Below, one piece after another: positions 14,625 through 26,411 of a stretch of DNA of 64,000 nt; position 1 is the first letter of the stretch; every line of letters starts with the position of its first letter. Source of the DNA: the human T2T-CHM13v2.0 reference genome, Homo sapiens; NCBI RefSeq assembly GCF_009914755.1, contig NC_060928.1; one strand, given 5' to 3'. The notes below the pieces were generated by a model that saw nothing but the letters and a program-made list of their open reading frames with translations, did not search any database and had not been told where the DNA came from. Position numbers and translations under genes: made by a program.

Positions 14625-15899
14625 AAGAAATGGTAGAACATGACCAGCACCTTTGAAGTTCACTGTGTGCCCCTCCATGGCACACAGGAGATCAGTATGA
14701 ATTCCATGGCCCTAGTGACTTTCTATTGTTATATTTCCATGAATGAACATCCTGATAATGGAACTTGATCAGCAAAATCACTCAAAAAGGAGATTTGACA
14801 CTTCACCTAGTAGATGGCAGGGATATCACTACATTCAGCATGGAAACTTGCACTAGACTTTTTATAAGGCAACTAAATGAACGGAGTAATATCACTTCCT
14901 ATTGCAATTTAAGTGCTGTTTCATCTGTCAGACCAAAAATACATCAGGTAGTATAGCCTATCCAGGTCAGGGATCTTCTGAAGAGCTCAGGACCCGCTGA
15001 CTGACCCCATTCCTGCAGAGCAGTAACATTCCTGCCAGCATACAACCTAAATTGTTGGATGGAGCTCTGTTCCTTCTCATTTTTCTTGTCATAACAGGGA
15101 AGACTTGGCCTTGCACAAACTCTTGAATATATACCATCCTTTCCACACTCACTGCCAGTTTCTTGTTTCAGGCCTTCGTTTCATTTCACTCACACTGCAG
15201 TGCCACACTACCCATTATTTTAGGTTACTTTATTACAGCCCTGGTCGGACCACAACTCTCCTTCTTGAAAACCTTCACAGTGGAGCCTTAATTTTTGTTC
15301 TTTCCTTCTCTACAATATTCTGACCACATAAATATTTTTAAAATTCCCAGATATGCCATATACTCTAACATCTTTGTGTTTTTCTTCTTGTTTCTTGTTT
15401 TTAGCCAGAAGCTTTTCCTCGTTTTCTCCATCAGGATATTCTTGCTCACATTTTAAGGCCCATTGAAATGACAAATCCTATATAAAACTTCTGCTAGCCC
15501 CTCTGAAACTTCACTTTGAACTTTGAAATCATTAGTTTCTCTTTTGAAATTTTTGCAAGATTCTGTTAAAGATACTGAAGAGTGAAATATTTCAAAAAAT
15601 GTATCTAAATGGGAAACAAATAAGTAAAGAAAAAATGTATTGCTATATAATTGGCTTTTAGCAGTAATACTATCAGGGGATCAAAGTGCCCGGCTAGACT
15701 TATCCTTAAAGGAATACATGCTTCATAACTGTTGATTCCAAGTGGCCAATTATCAGATACTGAGGCACTTATGAAAACAAAATAAAAACCTTACCACCCC
15801 GACACACACATACTCTTTACCATCCCCATCAGGGTCAGATCCAGGGACTGTTAGCAATAAATTATTCTGCAGGTAAGCAATAATCAGGACAATTTAAAA

Positions 15900-16730
15900 A
15901 CTTCTGTCTTCCAGTTGTTCCACCCCAAACCTTGGAATTATCCCTGATTCCTTTCTTTCTCTTGTAACTCACACACAATTTACAAACAATCCTATTAGCT
16001 CTACCTTCAAAATATATCCAGAAGCTGACCACCACCCTCACAGTTACAATTCTAACCTAGGCCAAAATCACCTCTCCCCAGGATTGTTAAAATCACCTCT
16101 TGACTAGTCTCCCAGCATCAACCATGCTCCCTACAGTTTATTGGCAACAAAAAAAGCTAGAGGGATCCTGTTGGAACACAGGCCAGACGGTATCAGTCCT
16201 CTACTCAAAACCTATCTACATATTTGCAGTATACACAGGGTAACATCCAAAGTCTTCCATGACTTTATGGCTCTGATGTCACTTTTACTACTTCCCACTG
16301 ACACCTCCACATTGTTCCCCCATCACAGTGCCCTGGGCACGCCAGTGCTTTACTGCCTCTCCAGCATAGCTGGCACACCCTTGCCTCGAGGCACTGCATG
16401 TTCTCTTTCCCTGAAATGCTCCATCCCCAGACACCCTTATGGCTCTCTCGCTCACCTACTTCAGATCTTTGCTTAAATGTCACATTCTTGGTAAGACCTT
16501 CCCCAAATCAAAAGCTATCCCTCTCCCCTACTCTGGCACTCTCTCTCCTCCTCACCTTGCAGTGCTCTTCATAGCACACATTGCCATTTGTTATATTAAA
16601 TATTTTACATCCATCCAATAAGGAGCAAGGCTTTTTGTTTGTTTTGTATATTCCCTGCGCCCGAAATGGTGCCTGCCACATATTCAGTGCTCTATTAATA
16701 TTTGTTCAATGAATAAGTGAATGAACAAAA
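15900..16730 (+). mobile_element. L2 LINE remnant (approximate bounds)
   Basis: L2-like body ending gtgcctgccacata...aatatttgttcaatgaataagtgaatgaa. Confidence 0.65.
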
Positions 16731-16968
16731 TATACAAAGTTCTGGGTACAGAGGGGTTGAAACTGAAGACTTAATTCACTTTGGTCCAACTTTTTCTAGT
16801 GATTGTAGAATTGATTTTTAATCCACATATTTCAAATTCTTTCTGCCTTCTAAGGTTGCTTTATCCCTCAAAATTCAAATAAAATAGCTAGAACTTCCTC
16901 CTGATTACAAGATTCACAGAGAAAGGAGGGGTTAATCATTTCCTAGCCAGAATTTGTGCTTCCTGTGA

Positions 16969-17291
16969 ATTTTTGTTGTTGTTGTTGTTGTTGTTGTTTT
17001 GTTTTGTTTTTTGAGACGGAGTCTTGCTCTGTCGCCCAGGCTGGAGTGTCGCAATCTCGGCTCATCGCAACCTCCGCCTCCCGGATTCAAGCAATTATCC
17101 TGCCTCAGCCTCCCAAGTAGCTGGGATTACAGGTGCCCACCACCATATATGGCTAATTTTTTTGTATTTTTAGTAGAGACAGGGTTTCGCCATGTTGGCC
17201 AGGCTGGTTTCGAACTCCTGACCTCAAGTGATCTGCTCGCCTCAGCCTCTCAAAGTGCTAGGATTACAGGTGTGAACTACTGCGCCCGACC
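16969..17291 (-). mobile_element. AluS-type element with (GTT)n tail
   Basis: Reverse Alu motifs; degenerate TSD cttcctgtgaattttt / cttcccatgaattttt. Confidence 0.93.
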
Positions 17292-17714
17292 TTCCCATGA
17301 ATTTTTAATCCTAACTGGTCATATAGCCTCCAAGTTTGCCATCTTTTCTCTGGCCTCTTCCTCTCAGGCAGACATTCCTTCCCAACTTTCCCAACCCAAT
17401 TGATAGGGGCAGTGGTCAGAGCAGACTTCGTTACAGGTTGGAGGATAATACAGCAGAGAGATTTTAGTACTTTTTCATGTGCTAGCACTCATGAAAAATG
17501 ATACCTGTACAGCCTCATGAAGTAAACTAACTGATCTCTGTGGGGCTTGGTATAAAGTTTCATTGTGTTTTCCTTGTATTACAGAATTGTTAAAAACTAA
17601 AATTTGAAGTATTGAGAAAAATATTAAACTTTGAGTTCATATACAATATCCTCATAAAACATTTAAAAATTCTTATCTTTTGCTTGCTTCAGTGAACATT
17701 TTTTCTTATATGTT

Positions 17715-17955
17715 TTCTAATTGAGATATAACTTACATACCATAAAAATCACCCCTTTTAAGTGGTTTAATTTCAGAACATTTTCATCACACCAAATAGA
17801 AACCCTGTACCCCTTCACAGTCATGCTCCATTCCTCTCTTCCCTCAGCTCCTGGCAACTACTACTCTACTTTCGATCTCTATGGCTTTATCTATTCTGGG
17901 AATTTCATAGAAATGGAATCAAACAATATGTAGACTTTTGTGTCTAGCTTCTTTT
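17715..17955 (-). mobile_element. Old L1M 3' fragment
   Basis: ttgagatataacttacataccataaaaatcacc...aatggaatcaaacaatatgtagacttttgtgtctagcttcttt is typical antisense L1M 3' UTR. Confidence 0.7.
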
Positions 17956-18240
17956 TGGGTGCATTTTCATATGAGGTTTTATGCTTAAAATGGCTAGTTA
18001 CAATTTTTGATACTTTATAATGATTCATTCAAATTCTTGATAATTACTCTCAATGAGAAATTCTGTTCACTCAAATATGTGACAAAAGCTTATGAATGAC
18101 TTTTACAACCATACCAGACTGTGCAATAATTGACATTATACCTAAAGATGCTAATAGTCCTTTCTTTTATTAGTTGAACCACATAAAGCTATCATTTTTA
18201 TGTCAAAACTGGTTGAATATTGGCAGTCACAATATTCCAA

Positions 18241-18528
18241 CTAATATTTTACTGGGTAATGTAATACTGGAATTCCTTGTGATAATGTGAATGGATTTTG
18301 AATACAGTTCAGTTTTTTATGCCAAGCTTTTATTTGCAGAACATACTGTGAAAATAAAGAATAAAGATATGTGAAAATTAAGACAGCTGCATGGGACCTG
18401 GGGTGTCTAGAGCTGTGCTGGCCCAGTCTCCTCGCCAACCCCACCGAACATTCTCTCAGCCACTTGTTGTGCTCTTCGAGAGCCTGGAACACAGGCTTCT
18501 TCATCAGATCCATGAGTTTCTTATCCAT
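18241..18528 (-). other. Putative 95-codon small ORF starting inside the IR-flanked segment (MDKKLMDLMKKPVFQALEEHNKW...)
   Basis: Near-ideal Kozak gcCCACC-ATG-G at 18533-18525; frame stays open through the left IR arm; no homologue recognised and no expression evidence. Confidence 0.35.
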
Positions 18529-18564
18529 GGTGGGCTCCAGACACCCCAGGTCCCATGCAGCTGT
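18383..18564. repeat. 31-bp inverted repeat pair (18383-18413 and 18534-18564) around a 120-bp spacer
   Basis: Left arm ACAGCTGCATGGGACCTGGGGTGTCTAGAGC; reverse complement of right arm ACAGCTGCATGGGACCTGGGGTGTCTGGAGC; one mismatch (A18409 opposite C18538). Confidence 0.97.
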
Positions 18565-19765
18565 TGCAGAGGCTGATAGTGTTATCTTGCACTGTACCCA
18601 TAGCCTGTTGCCTGAGCTCTGATTTGTGAGGAATACAGCACCATAGAAAGAGAAAATAGCTTAAAAGTGAAACTTTTAAGATATTACTTTCTGAAAGTCA
18701 CTCAGCCAATACCTATTCAGGGAATTGGTCATGGGTCTTATTCCACATTTGATGCAAGATTACATATCATTCCTTAGAAGCTGAATTCCATCTTATCTCT
18801 AGGTAGAACTATCTCCCATCCTTTCACCTCTCCAAAGTTTCCAAACTCCTGCCTTCTCTGGTCACTAGGGGAAATACACATTATCCAGAGAAATGTATAC
18901 TTCTTTTTCTTAACTACATTTATTCAGAAAAAGCTCTGGTACCTATCTTTGTCTAAATAAGAAACTAATCATCTTTCCTAGACTAAAGGGCCATCATTTC
19001 ATACAAGGAATTGTGCTACTGTCCTATTACCAGTGTTCTTGATATTATAAACAGAATCAATAAATAGTTGACGGACTTATCCAGAACTCTGGGGCCAGCC
19101 TGGATCTCTGCTAATCTGGAGTTTCCCTTTCTGATATCCTGTGTAATCATTGCATGTTAAAGGTTTTTACAAGGTTAAAAGCCAATTTGTTCTCCTATGG
19201 ACGAAAGGGACTCACCTGATACAAAGGGAAGGAAATGTATTTCCTCTTTAAAAAAAAAACGCACACATAAAATTAAGATCTATGTTTACAACTAGTAATA
19301 ATAATGTAGATATCCTTGTTGTTTCTAGAAATAAAGAATTTCTACTGTCAACAAGGCAGTTATAGTCATAGCATGGTTTTACCCTATCCCAACAAAAATC
19401 ATTTACTATTCACTTCCCTAATTTATTGAAAGCTGTGCTGCTTAGCCCACAGTAGAGAGCTCCATTAAGAATGTGTGTTCTCAAGCCAGCTCTTTCACCT
19501 GCTGTCTTGCCATCTTGGATAAGTTGCTCTAACTCTTTGTGCCTCAGATGTCTCATCTCTAAATGAAGAATGACCTCATAGGGATGATAAGAGGAATACA
19601 CGAAGTCATAGCTGTAAACTTCTTAGTACAGTGTCTAACAGAAATGGTTCACTAGCACTCAATGAATATTGAGGAAAGAAAAAAAGAGACATAAAATCCT
19701 GTGATTATGTTGTTAAAATCAGGGCTCATCTACAAGGGACAAGTTTAATTGCCTGCAGCATTGAT

Positions 19766-19844
19766 CTTCTTCTTCTTCCTCTTCCTCTTCCTCTTCCTCT
19801 TCTTCTTCTTCTTCTTCTTCTCCTCCTCCTCCTTCTCCTTCTCC
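19766..19844. repeat. Compound (CTT)n/(CCTCTT)n/(CTC)n polypyrimidine microsatellite
   Basis: About 79 nt of C/T only. Confidence 0.92.
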
Positions 19845-22399
19845 AAAAGTCAGTCAGAAAACTGATCGTGGGAAATGTCCTAATCTGTGCTTGACTCATA
19901 ACAAGTACAAAGAAAAAGCAGTGGTTGATTATGAATCATAAGAAATCAGCCTGTGTGCCACTTTAGGAAACGTGAAATATTTTGAGGTAAACAAAAGTAA
20001 ACCACGCTGCTTTACACGTTACATGTTAAAGCAGTAGCCCGAAATAATGAATATGTCTCTCTTTTACATATAACTGTATAACAAATATAATAGGTTCTAG
20101 GAAGAACCCTGTTTACTGTTTTAGAAAAATGTTTTCTGATAACTCTGTCTTCTGCTGCCATACTAATAATCCTTGAGTATGTTTAAGAAAGGAAAAAGAG
20201 AAGTTAGGAAATTGATAATTATCATTTATTAAGCACCTATTAAGTGTTTTACACAGTGATAAGCACTTCAGCTACCTAACTTCATATAGTCTTAATAACA
20301 CAGAGGAAGATATTATTAGATCCATTTTACCTACAGAGCTTAGTGTTGGTACCCAAGATCACATATCTAAAAATTTGCAGAGCCAAGATTTAAAACCAGG
20401 TCAAACCTAGGCATTTGACTACTGTGCCATATATTTTGCATTGACAATTAATTATGAAGTATTGAGAGTTATTAGTGTTGAGAGTCCAAATAATTTTCTA
20501 GCTGGAAAAGATGAAGTTCCCTCACTTCTATATTATACAGTTGAAATATTGGTTTTTTAAAAAACTTCCTGAGAAGTGCAAAAAAGAAAACCTTTCTGAA
20601 ATTACAAGAAAGTAAGTATCTTTTAAATTAAAAATTACTATATAGATTTAAAGTAGCTAATGTCTTAAATTAAGAATCGTATTTTGTCTTTTTCAAAATA
20701 GGAATCACTCTGAGGAGAAAATTGGATATTACAGAAGCATTGCAAAAAGAAAACACCAAACACAACAAAACCTAATAAATTGACAGAAACCCACCTTAAT
20801 AGTGGTTATTCCAATGACCTTCATGGTATTTATGAGTATTGATTTTTAAAAATTTGATTAGAAATATTTAAATTATCAAAATGATACAAATTTCATTCAA
20901 ATGACAGACACAAATAGAAAGCTAGTAATCTCCCCTCACTATCCTTCCCTGAGTAAACAATTTTGAGGTGTATCTTCACGTTTTTATATTTATATTAAAA
21001 TAAACCAATATATAAAGAATATGTATAAGGCTAAGTTGTATTACATAATGTTTTCCATTATTCTACTACTATGCTCTTTAGACTTAAATATAATAGATTT
21101 TCTTCTAAGACAATAATTCAAATCTTAGTCAGTGATTCTCAACCCTTGTGCACATTAGAATTTCTAGAGGAGCTTGAAAAAAAGACATTGCCATAGCGCC
21201 ACCCCCAGAGATTCTGGTTTAATTGGCCTGGGTGGGGCCTTGGCATCAAGCTCCCCGGTTCACTCTGATGTGTAGCTAGTTAGAACCACTGATTTAAGCA
21301 ATCCAAACAGGCTACATGCCTGAATTGTCCTGGTATGTACGTTCCCAGGAAGGCCCTCTGCTGAGGTAACAACACCAGTGTTTGATTGGGAGAGCTCAGG
21401 GGGGCCCAGCTACAGTTTTAAGTCTCCTCTATAAGGTTGACTCTCAGATAGGAAATGTGTTTCATCTTAAAGGATGTTAGAGACAGTCATATGACTGCAA
21501 AAAGTGCTACTAGGGCCAGGAATTTCAGAGGCCATGTAAATGACAGTGTATTCTACTAGGCTGGGTTAATTCTGGGGATTAAGTTTGACTAAGTTCTAGA
21601 GATTTGTCCTTACCTGCAGATGGAGGCTTCCCTAATGGAGCATCATAGGAAGCCACACCCAGAACTTGTTTCTCCTCGTCTGGCAGAAGCACGTTCTCAG
21701 TGGGTGCAGAAACTTGTTTGGCTTCTCTTGGTCTGAGAGAATTTTCAAGCCGACCAACCAGCTCCCTGTGTCTGTACTGGTGAGCTCTTTACTAATAGTC
21801 AAACATTTGCATGCTCATTTAGTTTTCTTCACTCTTGTTGCACATCTGAGAAACACTTGAGAGAATGGAAGAGAGAGGCACAATATAGGAGAGCTGTGGA
21901 GAGTTTGGCCCCACTTTTTATATTTGTTTCAATGGGATAAAACAGGCAGCCAAGATTATTAGGTTTTGTTCTGAGTTATTGGTTCGGCCTTCACTAAATG
22001 GCTTTTCCTCTTTCCAAATTAGACATTTTGAGAAACCAGACAGGTTGTTGAAACTTATTTAGAAGTTTTAAAAAAAGTTGTGAATTTTAAGCAAACGGAC
22101 CTTGGCAGGTGTATGGACAAAGCCACATTATCCTGAGTAAGGGAACGGAAGGGCAAGGTGTGAGGAAAACGACCAAATCAGAATTGTAATATTTTTCCTC
22201 ATTTCTTTTCTAGTCATAAAAACAGTAACATTACATATTATTTATTTATTTTGTGGTAGGGTCTCACTCTGTCGCCCAGGCTGGAATGCAGTGGCGCGAC
22301 ATTTTTAGATTTGATCTCTTTTACCCTCCAAAAAATAATTGTCCAGTGTTCCACGTTTAGCTAAAACAGTGAATTGTTAGAATTGCAGCAAAACAATGA

Positions 22400-22700
22400 A
22401 CCAAACCGTCAACCGCGAGCAACCTGTACTTGGGAGGTGAAAGTCAGAGGTGAGATTGTAAGGGCTCTGGGTCACTGGGGCATCTGCGCTGGGCAGAAGG
22501 GCAGCTCGGTCAAACAGCTGGAGCTGGGAGCCGGTCAGTTGCCAGGCCCTGCCGCTGCTACGTCACGGAGGGCGGGGCGGTGGGCGATTGGCGGTGCACT
22601 GCAGCTCGGGCTGCTCTGCAGCCTGGCGGAGACGGGAGGAGGAGCGGAGGGAGAAGTAGGTTGCGAGCTCAGCACAGGCTCCGGCGCTGGCTCCCGCAGC
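22400..22700 (+). promoter_or_regulatory. GC-rich promoter of ATP10D
   Basis: CRE-like TACGTCA at 22559-22565; GC boxes GGGCGGGGCGG at 22570-22580; inverted CCAAT (ATTGG) at 22587-22591; CpG enrichment. Confidence 0.82.
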
Positions 22701-22861
22701 TGAGTTTGGGAGATGTCTAAGTGATTTTTTTTTTTCCCGGAAGGCAAATGGCTGGCGTGGAAGCACAACCCGCTTTCACTCTTCGAATTTGTGCTTAGCT
22801 CTTTTCTTGTACCTTGCGACTCGTGACCAACATGCTGTGATGTGTGCCGAGGGAGGAATTG
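22600..22861 (+). other. ATP10D: ATP10D non-coding exon 1 (5' UTR; start approximate)
   Basis: Follows the promoter motifs; strong donor TTG|GTAAGA at 22861/22862; the next recognisable exon carries the ATG. Confidence 0.72.
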
Positions 22862-24272
22862 GTAAGAGTGAGACGGCGAATCCCTCTGACTGTCCCAGCC
22901 TTCTGCTTCACCGCCCACCCGCTTTTCCTTTCTGTTTCTCTCTCCTGTTTCTCCCCGCTCCACTTCCCTAGTCGTGTTTAGATTTGATGACATGGCTCAA
23001 AACTACAGTTCTGGGCTGTTACTGAACTTAAAAAAAAAAACAACAAAAGATAAAATGATTACACCATTTTCAATCATTTGTTAAAGGGGAATTTAAAAAT
23101 CTATTTTAAATGCTGGATTTTGTAAAAAGGTAAACTGCACACGCGGGCGCACACGGGCACGTACCTACACGCATTCTCACACACACACCTTTGTACACGC
23201 GGGCATACACGGGCACGCACACACACGCATTCACACACACACACACTCCTTTGTCATCCCGTTGTGAAATAAGCAGTTTAAAGAAATTTTGGTTATCTGC
23301 CTCAAAGGTGATGAAAAGGGAAGGTGTTGAAGATTTAGCCCAGCAGATTGATTCCTTAAGGTTGATTCCCTAAGGTTGATTCCTTAGGAAGAAAAAGGTG
23401 TTTGTATTGGAGCTTTCTCGGAAATAGTTTTCAAAGGAGTGCTACAAAGAAGCCCCCATGCTTCCCCCAAAACACTAACTTTAAAGAACCTAGTTGTTAT
23501 TCGGGGCACCCTTTATTTTACGTTGTAAAACATGTAGTTTTAATTTACCACGTACAGCAGAGAGACATCAGTTGGTTAGGGAATGGATGGTTATTTTGGT
23601 GTCTGGGACCCTGTGCCTTTAGAAAGAATATGTTTTAACTGCTCTTATCATGCTAGCTCAGGTTTTTAAAATGTGATCTGAATAAGACCAAAGTTTCTTC
23701 TTGCGTTCTTTTCATGCTGGTTCTAAGCAGGGAGAAAAACAAGTCTGTATGGACAGAGCGAACCTCTAACTCAAAATCAACCTTGAGAGATGCATCAACA
23801 AGGACAGGGGCTCCTCATCCACCAATATTTACTTGTATCAGCCTTTAAATCATGTAGGTCACATTTCTGTGAAGAATAGCATCATCGAAAACCCTTGCTG
23901 ACTTGTGAAGAGCAAAAATCATTGCAACGGAGTAGTTTGTTCAGTGCCCGCAGCAAGAACCTCCCACTCCGATCCACCTCAAAAAGTAATAACTGCTTCT
24001 TCTGGACTGTTTTCTATTCTCACTACAAATACGTATCATATACCTACATTGAGATAGTTTATTTTTATTAAAATGAGGTCATTTTATACATTTGGAAAAA
24101 TAACTTAGCAACATTTTAAAGTTTTAGGGAGTTTAAAAATAACATTTAATTTTCATGCTAATTTAACATTCATTAAATTGCATGAAAAAGAGGGAAAATC
24201 TAAGCACTCTAAACTAGGATGTGGGGAGTGTTTGACCCTGGCTTAGCAAAACCTGAATACTTTTCATACTTA

Positions 24273-24651
<379 letters not shown>

Positions 24652-25204
24652 TTATAATTTATAATAGAACAGAGGTGACTCACCTGTCAGACAAATGTAC
24701 TTCCTATAATTGACTTTTTAAATTAAGGGTTAAAAAAATGTACACATATTCAAGCCTTCATTACATGTTTTCTTTATTGTCTGATATAGTTGGAAGTAGT
24801 TCTTCTAATGAAGAAGAATCAAAGAAAATGCTACAAGTAAGATTGTCTGAGAATTCTCACAGAACAATGCACTGATAAATATAAATTTAATAGTGCTTGA
24901 AGAAAAGGAGAATTGATTTATCAACTCTAGGAATAAATATATGTGTGCTGGATGCTATCACTATTCCTCGTCAGTTATTCCTTCGATATTTTCTTAGATA
25001 AATTTATTTCATTTCAGAAATCATTTTAGCCATAGAAACAATACTTTTTTATCGCTTTGCAGAATAAGGACTAACAGTGATGCTAGTTTTGTAAAAGAGT
25101 TGTGGCCTTAATGGAATTTTTTTAATGCTACTCAATAAAAGGTATATCAATACAACTATTTGAGGCAATTACGTGGTATTATGTATTAAAACCTGTGAAT
25201 GTTG

Positions 25205-25333
25205 GGCCAGGCACAGTGGCTCATGCTTGTAATCCTAGCACTTTGGGAGGCTGAGGCAGAAAGATCCCTTAAGCTCAAGGGTTCAAGTATCTGCATGGTC
25301 CCATTTTGCTCCCATCTCTACAAAAACAAAACA
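25205..25333 (+). mobile_element. Alu monomer (FLAM-like)
   Basis: Left-arm motifs only; TSD aaaacctgtgaatgtt on both sides. Confidence 0.8.
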
Positions 25334-26042
25334 AAACCTGTGAATGTTCATAGCCTTTGACTAAGTGATCTTGGGTCTAAAAATATAGCCTAAGGAAATA
25401 ATATGAATCGCATATGAAGATTTATAAATGTTTATTACCATCTTATCTGTAATACAAAAAATGGAAACAAAGCCCCAATAACAAAATATTTAAATAAATT
25501 AGTGTAGTTTATATATCTATATTGATAAAACTCAGTTACAAAAGTTTTTTAAAAATTTAATGACTTGGAAATATACTTGCAATGTATTCCGTAAAAAAGT
25601 GAAATTTAATATATTATCTTATGTGTAAAATATAATTTTGAAATAAATATATAAAATTCATTTAATCAAAAGTATTTATTAAGCTGTTACTCTAAGACAA
25701 TGTCCTAAATTAATAAGGATTGAAAAAGATTAATGCAGTTCCTATTTGCATACAAGTTTCTTTTGCATCAATAGGCATATCCATTAAAATATCATATTTC
25801 CCCCACCCCCTAGAAAATGTATTCCTAGGTGGTAAAGTTACAGCTTGATTTTCTTTTTTATATTTTTCCTAATATTCCAAAATCTTTTAAAGCAACTGTT
25901 ATTTTTATAATGACAAAATACCACTTTCAGAAATATCACCAAGAAATATAATAAGCAAAAAAAAAAAAAAAAAAAGATAAATGGTAAGCTCTGTATTTTA
26001 CATGCTCCCTTTAAAAAGATACTATAAAAAGCAGTGCGAGAT

Positions 26043-26411
26043 TGCTATGGTCTAAATGTTTGTTCCCTCCCTTTCTGAATTCATATGTTGATTCCCAATC
26101 CCCAGTGTGAGGGTAGTAGGAGGTACAGGCTTTGGAATATGATTAGATTATGAGAAAGGATTCCTCATGAATGGGATTAGTGCCCTCATAAAAGAGGCCA
26201 CAAAGAGCTGCCTTGCCCCTTCCACCATGGGAGGATGCAGTGAGAAGGTGCCACCTATGAATCAGAAAGTGAGCTCTCACCAGACACAGTATCTGCTGGC
26301 GCCTTGATTTTGGACTTCCCAGCCTCTAGAACTTTAGGAAATAACTTTTGATTGTTTACAAATCACCTAGTTTATGGTAATTTGTTATAGCAGCCCAAAT
26401 GGACTAAGACG
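26043..26411 (+). mobile_element. MaLR solo LTR (MLT1A-like)
   Basis: tgctatggtctaaatgtttg start; ttggacttcccagcctctagaact; ttgttatagcagcccaaatggactaagac end. Confidence 0.82.

Noticed and set aside
21608-21616. Strong minus-strand donor CAG|GTAAGG as an exon of a divergent lncRNA
   Set aside because: A single 9-mer with no supportable partner site or transcript evidence
22374-22993. ORFs of 109 aa (+) and 152 aa (-) over the ATP10D promoter
   Set aside because: Low-complexity GC-rich translations with no recognisable domain
26221-26232. Another CCACCATGG Kozak-like string
   Set aside because: Lies within a MaLR LTR, reaches TGA after 5 codons and has no flanking inverted repeats
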